DNA from: Candidatus Jorgensenbacteria bacterium GW2011_GWA1_48_11
Lineage (GTDB): Bacteria > Patescibacteriota > Minisyncoccia > UBA6257 > GWB1-50-10
DNA: 62,027 nt
NCBI GenBank assembly: GCA_001003475.1
Contig: LCPF01000005.1
Coordinates: 5,486 to 67,512, forward strand
Reading direction: 5' to 3'
The stretch's first letter is position 1. Each line of letters begins with the position of its first letter. The notes under the pieces were generated by a model. The model was not told the DNA's origin. It saw only the letters and a list, made by a program, of their open reading frames with translations, and searched no databases. This document shows, one piece after another, positions 17,962 through 27,329 of this stretch. The position numbers were made by a program, and so were the translations under genes.

Positions 17962-18933
17962 ATGCTGATAGACGATGTTCGCATAAAAGTAGCGGCTGGC
18001 CACGGCGGCCGGGGGGCCGTGGCTTTCAACAAGAACCTGATGTCTTTGGGGCCGGCGGGCGGCAGCGGCGGCAAGGGCGGCAGCGTTTTTGCCGAAGGCA
18101 TTTCCGACTTGAGCGCCTTGAACCAATTCCGATACAAGAAAGAACTGGCGGCGGAAAACGGTTTGGACGGCCGGAACCAATTCAAGGACGGCTACGACGG
18201 CAAAGACTTGATCCTTAGCGTGCCGGTCGGCACGGTCATCCGCAACCTGACGAACGAAACCGAGATGGAAACGACGAAAATCGGCGAGCGCCTGCTTTTG
18301 GCCAAAGGCGGCAAGGGCGGCAAAGGTAATTTCCACTTTCGTTCCTCGCGGAACACGTCCCCCAGGGAATTCCAGCCGGGACTGCCGGGGGAAAAATTCG
18401 AGTTTCGCCTGGAATTGAAACTGATCGCCGATATCGGCCTTGTCGGACTGCCCAATGCCGGCAAATCGAGCCTCTTAAACGAACTTACGAACGCCAAAAG
18501 CAAGGTGGCCAATTACCCCTTTACCACCCTTGAGCCCAATCTCGGCGTCTATTACGAGATAATCATTGCCGACATTCCGGGGCTCATCGAAGAATCATCC
18601 AAGGGCAAAGGCTTGGGCATTAAATTCCTGAAACACGTGGAGCGGACGAAAATACTCTTTCATCTGATCTCGGCCGAATCTGCCTCGATCCCCAAGGATT
18701 ACAAAATAATCCGGAAAGAACTCGGCGCCTACAACAAATCGCTTTTGAAAAAGCCCGAATATTTATTTCTGACGAAAAGCGACGAGGTAACGCCCGTCGA
18801 ACTCAAGAAAAAACTCGCCGCCGCCAAAAAGATAAACAAAAAAGCGATCGCCGTCTCGGTCTACGACGACGAAAGCATCATGGCGGTGAAGAAAATATTG
18901 AACGAAATAAAGGGTAAAAAGATCTGGGCTTAG
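17962..18933 (+). CDS. obg: GTPase Obg
   Basis: Obg fold with glycine-rich GGRGAVAFNK and GGKGGKGN segments. G domain GLPNAGKSSLL and DIPGLIE. Confidence 0.93.
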   Translation: MLIDDVRIKVAAGHGGRGAVAFNKNLMSLGPAGGSGGKGGSVFAEGISDLSALNQFRYKKELAAENGLDGRNQFKDGYDGKDLILSVPVGTVIRNLTNETEMETTKIGERLLLAKGGKGGKGNFHFRSSRNTSPREFQPGLPGEKFEFRLELKLIADIGLVGLPNAGKSSLLNELTNAKSKVANYPFTTLEPNLGVYYEIIIADIPGLIEESSKGKGLGIKFLKHVERTKILFHLISAESASIPKDYKIIRKELGAYNKSLLKKPEYLFLTKSDEVTPVELKKKLAAAKKINKKAIAVSVYDDESIMAVKKILNEIKGKKIWA

Positions 18934-20174
18934 TACCTTCTGAAACCGCTCCGGCTTCTCCCGAACTTTCCGGGACCCTTTTGGTTCCTGCCCCGGTAGG
19001 CGCTAAAGGACCTTCTCGGTCTTTCGGCTCCCAGCCCGGTTTTGAATGGCGTGGGCGGCGGCAAGGTCGGAATTTTAGAAACGGGCAAAACCTTGCGGAT
19101 CAGCCGCTCGATCGCGCGCACATCCGCCGTTTGGTTCGGCCGGGCAAAAGAAACGGCATGGCCGCTCACCCCGGCCCGGGCCGTCCGGCCGATGCGATGG
19201 ACATAATCCTCGGCGTTCTCCGGCAGATCGTAATTCAGGACAAGCTCGATGTTGCTCACATCAATGCCCCGGGCGGCAATGTCCGTGGCCACGAGGACGC
19301 GGTATCGCCCGGTCTTAAACCCCTCGAGCGATTCCTTCCTCTGATTCAAAGAACGGTTGCCGTGGATTTCGGCGGCTTTATGCCCCAGGGCCCTTACGAA
19401 AGTGGTTATTTTTCTCGCGCTGTGCTTTGTCCGCGAAAAAATCAAAACCGACCCGCGGTATTCCTGAAGCATCTTCTCCAGAAGCCTCGGCTTTTCTTCC
19501 TGCGGCACGAAAAATAATTCCTGGGTCACGTCCTTCACGGTCGTGCCCGAACGGGCAATTTCGACCCTGATCGGAAGTTTTAAATAAGACCTGGCGATAG
19601 TGATGATCTCTTCGGGCATGGTCGCCGAAAAAATCATGGTCTGGCGGCTTACCGGCAAGGTGGAGATTATCCGCTTCAGCTGCGGCGCAAAACCCATGTC
19701 CAGCATCCGGTCGGCTTCGTCCAAAATGAGAACGCTCACTTTTTGAAAAGAAACCGTTCTCTGTCCGAGGTGGTCGAGGATCCGACCAGGCGTGCCGATG
19801 ATTATCTGCGGACTTCGGTGAAGATCCCGGATTTGCCGTGAAATCGATTCGCCGCCGATAAGCACGGCGGTTCTTAAATTAAGGGGCGTTCCGACTTTCC
19901 GGAGCGTTTCATCGATCTGCAAAGCCAGTTCCCGGGTCGGGGCGACAACCAAGCCGAGGCCAACGCCTCGGAGAACGCGCTGGATCAAGGGAATTCCGAA
20001 AGCGAGGGTCTTCCCCGTTCCTGTCTGGGCAATGCCCATCAGATCCTTGCCCTCGATCGCGACCGGAATCGATTGTTCCTGAATGGGCGTCGGGATCTTA
20101 AAGTTCAATTTGGCAATAACCTCGAGTATTCCGGGGGCGATGCCAAGACCGTAAAAATTTGAATGCTCGCTCAT
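18930..20174 (-). CDS. DEAD-box ATP-dependent RNA helicase
   Basis: Motifs AQTGTGKT, DEADRMLDMGF, SAT and HRIGRTARAG, with an Arg/Gly-rich tail. The ORF track starts at 20210; M13 at 20174 (or M9 at 20186) is more likely. Confidence 0.92.
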   Translation of the reverse strand: MSEHSNFYGLGIAPGILEVIAKLNFKIPTPIQEQSIPVAIEGKDLMGIAQTGTGKTLAFGIPLIQRVLRGVGLGLVVAPTRELALQIDETLRKVGTPLNLRTAVLIGGESISRQIRDLHRSPQIIIGTPGRILDHLGQRTVSFQKVSVLILDEADRMLDMGFAPQLKRIISTLPVSRQTMIFSATMPEEIITIARSYLKLPIRVEIARSGTTVKDVTQELFFVPQEEKPRLLEKMLQEYRGSVLIFSRTKHSARKITTFVRALGHKAAEIHGNRSLNQRKESLEGFKTGRYRVLVATDIAARGIDVSNIELVLNYDLPENAEDYVHRIGRTARAGVSGHAVSFARPNQTADVRAIERLIRKVLPVSKIPTLPPPTPFKTGLGAERPRRSFSAYRGRNQKGPGKFGRSRSGFRRY

Positions 20175-20284
20175 GAATCTCACCATAACACAAAATCGCC
20201 CATCAAACACGCCTTAAAACCAAAACTATCATATCCCGAGGATCGGACATGATGGTCGCTCACGCAATAGCCATCAACGGATTT

Positions 20285-21187
20285 TTATTTTTCGGCAAAA
20301 ACTTTAATCCTCCGACCATCGATCGCTAATTCTACGTTTCCGTTCCGGTCAGTGCGGAAGATGCTCGCGCCGATATTTTTCAGCCTGTTCAAAACATCGC
20401 TCGTGGGATGGCCATAATTGTTTTTGCCGACCTCGATCATCGCCAGTTTCGGCTGAAGCGCTCCCAAAAATTCTTCCGATGAAGAAAATCTTGAGCCGTG
20501 ATGCGCTATCTTCAAAACATCGACTCCGTTTGTCAAGGCCAAGATAACCTTTTTTTCCGTTTCCGCGCCGATATCGCCGGTAAAAAGAGTTCTGGAATTT
20601 TTACTCACGAGCTCCAGAACCAAAGCCGTATCGTTCAAATCACGGCTTCGCAAAGTCTGATCATCAGGCAGAAGCACCCTCAAATCGCTCGCCCCGTAGT
20701 GGATTCCGTCGTTTCGAGCCAAAACAACGCTTGGCGTTCCCTTAGCTTCGACTAAATTCATCAGATCCCGGAAAGCCGGCACGATGCCGCCCCGGCCGTT
20801 CCAGATAAACGCGCCGATGCGGTATCTTTTTATAATTTCAATCAAACCGCCGAAATGGTCCAATTGCGAATGGCTTAAGACCACCAAATCAATGTAACGG
20901 TCGGTTGGCGGCAAAATTTCCGCCAGATTCTCAAGCAGTCGGCCGTTCGGCGGCCCGCCGTCAATCAAAATCTTCACGCCGCCGGGCAAAATCACGAGTT
21001 CGCTGTCGCCCTGACCGACATCAAAAAAATTAATTTTCAAATCCCGGGCTTTAAAGACGGCGGCATAAACCTGCGTCCAAACCAAAAAATTCAGAAAGAT
21101 GATTGCCGTTCCGAAAACGAAAAGTCGGCCCTTATAGCCATCGAATTTGGAGATTATTTCATTTTCCAGCCAATCTTTTATTGACAT
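20285..21187 (-). CDS. comEC: ComEC C-terminal part (metallo-beta-lactamase domain with its own TM helix)
   Basis: FFDVGQGDSELV, VLSHSQLDHFGG, and KIAHHGS near the end. It overlaps the upstream ComEC ORF in another frame. Confidence 0.8.
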   Translation of the reverse strand: MSIKDWLENEIISKFDGYKGRLFVFGTAIIFLNFLVWTQVYAAVFKARDLKINFFDVGQGDSELVILPGGVKILIDGGPPNGRLLENLAEILPPTDRYIDLVVLSHSQLDHFGGLIEIIKRYRIGAFIWNGRGGIVPAFRDLMNLVEAKGTPSVVLARNDGIHYGASDLRVLLPDDQTLRSRDLNDTALVLELVSKNSRTLFTGDIGAETEKKVILALTNGVDVLKIAHHGSRFSSSEEFLGALQPKLAMIEVGKNNYGHPTSDVLNRLKNIGASIFRTDRNGNVELAIDGRRIKVFAEK

Positions 21188-22595
21188 AAACAATTAAAAA
21201 CAAAATGGCCAGGTAATAAGCCAAACCCATCAATAAACCGAATTCAAAAAGCAAGGGCACGCTTAATTCGGCAAAAACTCGAATGACGAACATCTCAAAT
21301 TTCAAAAAAGGCCAAACCAACCAACCCAAAACAAGCGCTAACGGGGAAGCAATAATGGACGCGAGGGCGATCAAAAATCCGAAAGCCATCGTCAAAGGTA
21401 TGATTTCGAGAACTAAGACGTTGGCCGCGAGCGATGTCAAGGAAAAATTATTGAAATTGGCGATTAAAAGCGGCGCCACCATCAATTGAGCCGAAGCCGT
21501 GGTCAGCAAATTGTCCTTCCAAGAAAGGAAACCGGCGTTTTCCTTAAAGCGAAGAAGTTTTTGTAAAACCGGCCGCAAATAAACAATGCCCAACATGGCC
21601 AAGAAGGAAAGTTCGAAACCAATATCGAAAACAAGAACTTTCGGATTAACGAGAACCATTGCTAGACCGGTGAAAATTATGGCGTTCCGCAGATCGTAAA
21701 CCCGGCCCGCTTCCCGAGCGAGCAGAACCAAAAAAGCCATTATCGCCGCCCGGACGACCGAAGACTCAGCGCCGGTCATCAAAACGAAACAAAGAATAAC
21801 GAGCGAAACGATCGCAAAAGACGCACGCCGCCGAAAAAACAAAAGCAAAACCCCCATCACGGCCCAGACAATGATCGTAATGTTGTAGCCGGACAGAGCG
21901 ACGAGGTGGGTGGTGCCGCTCAAACTCATCGCCTGCTTAAAATCATCGGAAAATCCGCTCGTACCACCCAAGGTAAGACCGCTCAAAAACGCCGCCTCCG
22001 GCCCGGGCAAAACCCTTTGGAAAGAATCAGTAATGCTGTTTTTAATGCCGAAAAGCCAGGCTTTAAAAGCCGAACCGCGGCCGCTCGACACGAACCGGAT
22101 ATCGGCAAAAGCGGCAATGCCTCCCACTCTTTCCTTGGCCAAATAATCGGCGTACCCGCCTTCCGGCCTCTGGATTTCGCCCGCTAAACTCAATTCGTCG
22201 CCGTAATTAAAACGGGGATAAGGAGCGGTTCGGATGAGGACCCGCCCGCCTAGCGGCTCTTCCAATCGGAGATAAAATTCCTGGGAATTGTTCTTCATGA
22301 CCGGATTATTGGCGACCACTCCGGCAAAAGAAATTTGTTTTTCAAAGACGATATTCTGAGAGTTTCGGAAATTAACATCATCGCCGACGAAATACATTGC
22401 TCCGGGAATGATCAAAATAGCCAAAAATGCCGGCCAGGCAAATTTCCTGTTTTTCTTCCAAAAGGCTAAACCAAAAAACGCGATAACGGCCAGAGCCGTT
22501 ATTACTAGTATCCAGAAACCAAGTTTTAAACTCGCGAAGAGTATCCCTAAGAGGAAAAACAAAACCCCGAAAAAGAAAACATCGTACGAGGCCAT
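21159..22595 (-). CDS. comEC: ComEC N-terminal part (DUF4131-like plus polytopic competence channel domain)
   Basis: 478 aa with many TM segments. Contains GTTHLVALSGYNITII and RAAIMAFLVLLA, typical of the ComEC/Rec2 channel. Confidence 0.8.
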   Translation of the reverse strand: MASYDVFFFGVLFFLLGILFASLKLGFWILVITALAVIAFFGLAFWKKNRKFAWPAFLAILIIPGAMYFVGDDVNFRNSQNIVFEKQISFAGVVANNPVMKNNSQEFYLRLEEPLGGRVLIRTAPYPRFNYGDELSLAGEIQRPEGGYADYLAKERVGGIAAFADIRFVSSGRGSAFKAWLFGIKNSITDSFQRVLPGPEAAFLSGLTLGGTSGFSDDFKQAMSLSGTTHLVALSGYNITIIVWAVMGVLLLFFRRRASFAIVSLVILCFVLMTGAESSVVRAAIMAFLVLLAREAGRVYDLRNAIIFTGLAMVLVNPKVLVFDIGFELSFLAMLGIVYLRPVLQKLLRFKENAGFLSWKDNLLTTASAQLMVAPLLIANFNNFSLTSLAANVLVLEIIPLTMAFGFLIALASIIASPLALVLGWLVWPFLKFEMFVIRVFAELSVPLLFEFGLLMGLAYYLAILFLIVYVNKRLAGK

Positions 22596-22675
22596 GATTT
22601 ACCATTAGTATAACATCTCGAAAGGAAAGAATTTTCATGGTCCCCCAATGCAAGCCGCACAAACTCAATGATAAT

Positions 22676-23920
22676 TCATTTTATTACGCCGCCGCCGAGC
22701 ACCCGCCTGCCGGCAAGCAGGCTTCCCTCTTCCGCAGAATAAAAGACAGCGGACTGGCCGGAAGCCACGAATTTCTGCGGCTCGTTGAAAGTTAATTTTA
22801 TCGCCGAGTTCTCCTTCCTTAACGTCGCTCCGGTCAGCGGCTGGCGGTACCGCACCCGCGCCATTACCGCCTCTTCCCTGAAAACAGAATCAACAAAATT
22901 AACGTCGGCCAATTCTATTTCCTTCCGGTAAAGAGCGGGATTTTGATCGCCCTCGGCAACTATAATCGTATTCTCCGCCACGTTTTTCTCAGCGATATAA
23001 TGCGGCTCGGTTTTACTCCTCGTTTTCAGGCCCAGAACGGCGTTCTTTTCCTTCAAATCAAGGCCGTGACGCTGTCCAATCGTATAAAATTGAGCGCCAT
23101 TATGCTCCCCGATCTCCCGACCGTCGGTCGTAAGAACCGCTCCCCGCTTTTCGGGAATATATTGTTTCAGAAATTCTTCGAGCGCCACCCTGCCCAGGAA
23201 GCAGACGCCCTGCGAATCTTTTTTATCCGCCGTGGGCAATCCGGCCTGGCAGGCGATGGCCCGCACTTCCGGCTTTAAATAATCGCCGATCGGAAAAAGA
23301 CAATATTTCAACTGCTCCTGCTTCAAAGTCCACAAAAAATAACTCTGGTCTTTATTCGTATCCTTAGCCGCGAAAAGCGATGATCGATATTTTTGCGAAA
23401 AGTAAGACTTGGGCGTCGCCCCGGAGACACTCTGAGCAAAAATATCGGGCAATCGCCTTAGACGTACATAATGGCCAGTCGCAATGTAATCCGCGCCCAA
23501 AGCACGGGCTTTCTCGAGGAACAAACCAAATTTGATGTGCTTATTGCACATCACGTCAGGATTGGGCGTTCTGCCCTCGCGGTAACCTTTAACCATATAA
23601 TCCACCACTTCCCGCTTGTATTCCTCCTCAAAATCAAAGACATAGAAAGGAATGCCGAGTTTATCGGCCACCAATCGGGCGTCGGCCGCGTCCCGCTCGG
23701 CGCAGCCGTCGAGGTTGTACGAACGGATGAAAACACCGGTCACGTCATAACCTTGTTCTTTCAATAAAAAAGCCGCGACCGACGAGTCAACTCCGCCGGA
23801 CATGGCTACGAATACGCGTTTCCCGGCAGTAATTCTTTCGCTGCCAGCCCGCTCGCCGTAGTTTTGGCGAAGACGGGATATTCCCGCAAAAGCCTTGTTT
23901 TTTCCTTTGTTTTTTGCCAT
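22676..23920 (-). CDS. mnmA: tRNA 2-thiouridine(34) synthase MnmA
   Basis: PP-loop VFVAMSGGVDSSVAA. The C-terminal domains are conserved. The ORF track extends to 24079, but that extension is hydrophobic and overlaps an opposite-strand ORF, so the start is taken at MAKNKGK (23920). Confidence 0.9.
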   Translation of the reverse strand: MAKNKGKNKAFAGISRLRQNYGERAGSERITAGKRVFVAMSGGVDSSVAAFLLKEQGYDVTGVFIRSYNLDGCAERDAADARLVADKLGIPFYVFDFEEEYKREVVDYMVKGYREGRTPNPDVMCNKHIKFGLFLEKARALGADYIATGHYVRLRRLPDIFAQSVSGATPKSYFSQKYRSSLFAAKDTNKDQSYFLWTLKQEQLKYCLFPIGDYLKPEVRAIACQAGLPTADKKDSQGVCFLGRVALEEFLKQYIPEKRGAVLTTDGREIGEHNGAQFYTIGQRHGLDLKEKNAVLGLKTRSKTEPHYIAEKNVAENTIIVAEGDQNPALYRKEIELADVNFVDSVFREEAVMARVRYRQPLTGATLRKENSAIKLTFNEPQKFVASGQSAVFYSAEEGSLLAGRRVLGGGVIK

Positions 23921-24033
23921 TGCTTTGCTCTCCCGCCCAATCAAATCACGGTTGGGCTTAAAGATGTTTACTCTAAGAATATAGAATATTGTAAAATATA
24001 TTGAAAGGCCGAGGCAATACAAAATCCAAAAAT

Positions 24034-24210
24034 ATGGAACATTATATTTGCACTGGCGGCTGTAAAGGCGTTTCGCCAAACCCCGGCATTTGCTAAAGTC
24101 CGGATTGCCCCAATTATAACGGCCAGCTCGAAAAATGCGATTGCGAGGACGGCAATCATTACGGCGCTTTTGATTTAGAAAACGAAAAAGACGACGAGGA
24201 AAATTATTGA
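24034..24210 (+). pseudogene. Small Cys-rich ORF interrupted by an in-frame TAA
   Basis: MEHYICTGGCKGVSPNPGIC-TAA-SPDCPNYNGQLEKCDCEDGNHYGAFDLENEKDDEENY-TGA. The frame stays open across the TAA (24094-24096) for 59 codons in total. Confidence 0.5.
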
Positions 24211-24330
24211 CCCCGCGACCAGATCGAGCACCGCAATACCTAGTCGCTTTTCTGAATCAGGCATTAATCATTCACAAGTCAAATTTCTATTTGGAAGGTA
24301 CAACCAATCGTCAGGCATTGTAAAAAGCGA
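24207..24330. repeat. Hairpin repeat, copy B (3' terminus deleted)
   Basis: It starts TTGACCCCGCGACCAGATCGAGCACCGCAA and shares ATCATTCACAAGTCAA and CAGGCATTGTAAAAAGCGAAGC with copy C. It then breaks into mnmA-like sequence. Confidence 0.65.
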
Positions 24331-24396
24331 AGCAGCAACGGACGAATCAACTCCGCCCGACATTGCCACAAACACCTTTTTACCTAATACATACAT
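24328..24396 (-). pseudogene. Orphan diverged 5' fragment of an mnmA gene
   Basis: MYVLGKKVFVAMSGGVDSSVAAS compares with GKRVFVAMSGGVDSSVAAF of the intact gene. Most nucleotide differences are synonymous. Confidence 0.7.
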
Positions 24397-24426
24397 TGAT
24401 TCTCAATAATACTGGAGAGTTATGGT

Positions 24427-25380
24427 CTACGTTTCGAAAATATTGAAACAATATTCACGCGCTCCCAAACGGTACTTATAAGGCTCCGTACCACGGGTTA
24501 AATCAACTATTCTCACTTTTTCTCGGAAATCTTTGGTGTTGCTCCAGTAATCCAAAACCAGTCCGTAGGATACTTTATTCGCAGACGGCATGTGAGCACG
24601 TAAATAACATATAACATCTCTTCCACTAATGAAATTAAGGCTCATTGCAACGATCTCATTCCTCTCTTTATCAACACAATAGTCGAGAAAAACGTTTTTC
24701 CACAAGGAATCGTGGCTGACTAGTTTTGTTATAAACTCGTTGAATTGCGGCTCGAACGAGAGATTATATTCTTCGCTTTTCTTAGCCAAAAGTTCTTTTC
24801 TTCTGTTGGACAGAAGAGTGCCCAGAAGATACGGCTTATTATGCATCTCATCGCCGAACGCGCGGCAAAAGAAGAGCTGTTCAGAAAACTTTTTATACAT
24901 CAGCAAAATCCTACCGCTCATCATATCATCATAAGATCTAATACCCTCATGAAAGTGGATCCTCAAACCTCTCCCCATCTCTCGCAAGACGCCTTTCCCA
25001 CACATCCCAAGTTCAATAAGTAGGTCCTCCTCAAAAAGATTCTCCCATTTGATCTTGTAACCAAAACGGATGAGATATTCAATAATTTCTTTAAAATCAT
25101 ATGCATCATCGGAATCGCTTACATAAACCCCATTAAAATCATTGAATGGGTCACCGGTAAAGACAATCTGGTCACCAAAGATGCTCAGTGAAAAATAGTT
25201 GCGTGTGTTTTCAGATTGAATGAGAAAATTTTCCTTTGGTGCGTAAATTTCCGCAAATGACATGAGCCATTCCTTGCTCGAAAAAAGATATTGATAATCG
25301 TGAACATCGCGATACTCGAGTAGAAACTTACTAACGTTGCCGATACTCGTTTTGTTATAAGAATGAATGAGACCGTTCAT
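24427..25380 (-). CDS. CelD/BcsL-like (FemAB-type) GNAT acetyltransferase
   Basis: The C-terminal DLTRGTEPYKYRLGA resembles the D-x-G-x-G-x-x-x-YK-x-x-x-G signature of that family. 317 aa. Confidence 0.5.
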   Translation of the reverse strand: MNGLIHSYNKTSIGNVSKFLLEYRDVHDYQYLFSSKEWLMSFAEIYAPKENFLIQSENTRNYFSLSIFGDQIVFTGDPFNDFNGVYVSDSDDAYDFKEIIEYLIRFGYKIKWENLFEEDLLIELGMCGKGVLREMGRGLRIHFHEGIRSYDDMMSGRILLMYKKFSEQLFFCRAFGDEMHNKPYLLGTLLSNRRKELLAKKSEEYNLSFEPQFNEFITKLVSHDSLWKNVFLDYCVDKERNEIVAMSLNFISGRDVICYLRAHMPSANKVSYGLVLDYWSNTKDFREKVRIVDLTRGTEPYKYRLGAREYCFNIFET

Positions 25381-26465
25381 AAACCGAAAATAAGACTCTT
25401 AAAAATTTCAGCGTTTTTGCTGAGGCTGTGATGCCTATTGACATAGTCCCACGCACCCTGGCGCATTTGCTTCGTCGTTCCTTCGTCTAACAAAATTATC
25501 TTTTTTACTTTCAACGACAAATTTCCCGGTGCAATATTTACATCAACCAAAAATCCTCGTTGTCCACCGAGAAGCGTCGGCATATAGCCAACATCTGTTG
25601 AAAGCACCAGGACGCCGTGCGCCATTGCTTCTAGGGCGACTAAGGGGCATCCCTCACTGACCGAAGAAATAACGAGTAGATTTGTGCTGCGATAGAACAA
25701 TTTAACATCGTGTTGGTAACCCGCAAAATGAACGTGATCATTGAGCTTTTCTTCAAATACAATCCGCTTAAGACGGTCTTCTTCGAGCCCGTCACCCACA
25801 ATGACAAGCCGCCACTCTTTTTCTTTAAGTCCCGCAAGCGCTTTAAGAACCAGTCCAAATCTCTTTTCTTCCGAGAGTCTCCCAATAAGCAATATCTTAA
25901 AAGGAAGGTTCCTCCGTCGCTGGCCCATAACCCTTCTTTTGATCTCAACGCCGGATGGAATAAAACGAAGTTTTTTCTCACCGACCCACCATAATCTTTT
26001 TCTCATTGAAGGTTCGACCAAAACGACAAGATTGTAAGAACCAACGATAAGTTTATCAAGAAAGGTCTTGAGACGTTCCGAGAAATTTGTCGTAATCCAC
26101 CCATGTTTAATATCGATGAATCGGCATTGTCCTTTCCGGAATAAATTCCTGCATCTCGACAAGAATAGAAGATACGAAGAATGATATCCATTTGAAATCA
26201 CTGTCTTAATCTCTAAGTCATTTAAAACACGCGAAAATGCCAAAGAAGCTTCCTTGAGCGTGTCACCGAGATATAATACAGGAATTTCTGTCGACTTACA
26301 TCTCAAATAGAATTCACGATTATGCGAAACGGCAATGATGACACTCGTATTGTGTGCCACATAAAGTTCGTGGGCAAGATTTTGCACATAATGCTCAGCA
26401 CCCCCAACGTACTTACCCGGACTTAAGACGAAAACGCAATCAATCGCCTTTTTGCTGTTTAACAT
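25377..26465 (-). CDS. Glycosyltransferase family 4
   Basis: EGCPLVALEAMAHGVLVLSTDVG (the E-x7-E region). The GT-B layout is present. The probable start is M15 at 26465. Confidence 0.8.
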   Translation of the reverse strand: MLNSKKAIDCVFVLSPGKYVGGAEHYVQNLAHELYVAHNTSVIIAVSHNREFYLRCKSTEIPVLYLGDTLKEASLAFSRVLNDLEIKTVISNGYHSSYLLFLSRCRNLFRKGQCRFIDIKHGWITTNFSERLKTFLDKLIVGSYNLVVLVEPSMRKRLWWVGEKKLRFIPSGVEIKRRVMGQRRRNLPFKILLIGRLSEEKRFGLVLKALAGLKEKEWRLVIVGDGLEEDRLKRIVFEEKLNDHVHFAGYQHDVKLFYRSTNLLVISSVSEGCPLVALEAMAHGVLVLSTDVGYMPTLLGGQRGFLVDVNIAPGNLSLKVKKIILLDEGTTKQMRQGAWDYVNRHHSLSKNAEIFKSLIFGL

Positions 26466-27327
26466 AATAGTGGTATGCGCGAAATCCTTGAACAAAATGG
26501 ACTCCATAACCCAGATGGTTACCTATCTCACGCCGATTAAAAGAGAATAAAACGGCGCCGAGAATCCAACGCCAAAGCCGGACGCTGTGATAGAAAAAAT
26601 CCCGCTTGGAGAAATTTGAAATAAATCCAAAGAACGCGCCAGCGGCATAGCCATAATCTCTCATTAGCTCAGTATCGGTTACCTTGTCCCTCCATGAACG
26701 ATGGAATATAACCACGCGAGGGTCGTACGAGATTTTCAAACCACATTGCAAAACTCGATACGACCATTCGTTATCATCAGAACTTCTAAACAGAGATCCG
26801 GGCCCAAAATCTTCATTAAATGGCCCAACAACTTTAAAAACGGCCTTGCTGAACCCGAAATTACACCCCGACAGTTTGAAAATGGGCGTAATTTCCTTTT
26901 TCTGGTAAACAAGGCGCTCCGTAATGTCATCGTGTAATCGTGAACGTACCGCGCCTTCCTCTCTGTCTCCGGCAATTACTCGACCAGTAACGACTGTGTG
27001 TGGTTCCGATAACAATGCATAGTACATTGATTCAATCCACTGCTCCTGCGCAATACAATCGTCGTCGAGAACCGCTATGTAATCACTCAAGCAGAGATGA
27101 ACACCTAAATTCAGGGCACGAGATTTGTTTCTGAAGTCGCAACGTACTATCCTCACCCCATCCTCATTGGGGAGAAACGAACGCTTTTTTTTTGCATCAG
27201 ATTGGTCGAGGACGACGATTTCGTACGATATTTCCGACTTTTGTGTAAGCAGACTTCTAATACATGCAGCAAGCATCTTGGGACGATTGCGTGTAGCGAT
27301 AAGAATGCTAATGTCACATTTATTCAT
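26440..27327 (-). CDS. Glycosyltransferase family 2
   Basis: ISILIATRNRPKML and AVLDDDC (DxD). Confidence 0.8.
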   Translation of the reverse strand: MNKCDISILIATRNRPKMLAACIRSLLTQKSEISYEIVVLDQSDAKKKRSFLPNEDGVRIVRCDFRNKSRALNLGVHLCLSDYIAVLDDDCIAQEQWIESMYYALLSEPHTVVTGRVIAGDREEGAVRSRLHDDITERLVYQKKEITPIFKLSGCNFGFSKAVFKVVGPFNEDFGPGSLFRSSDDNEWSYRVLQCGLKISYDPRVVIFHRSWRDKVTDTELMRDYGYAAGAFFGFISNFSKRDFFYHSVRLWRWILGAVLFSFNRREIGNHLGYGVHFVQGFRAYHYYVKQQKGD

Positions 27328-27329
27328 CG

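Noticed and set aside
23921-24079. The track ORFs give long N-terminal extensions for mnmA. The same applies to metG, the DEAD-box helicase, efp, ATPase-2, P3-P6 and P9.
   Set aside because: The extensions lack homology to the respective families. They overlap upstream genes or the opposite-strand Cys-rich ORF. Internal Met codons restore canonical N-termini or ATGA coupling.
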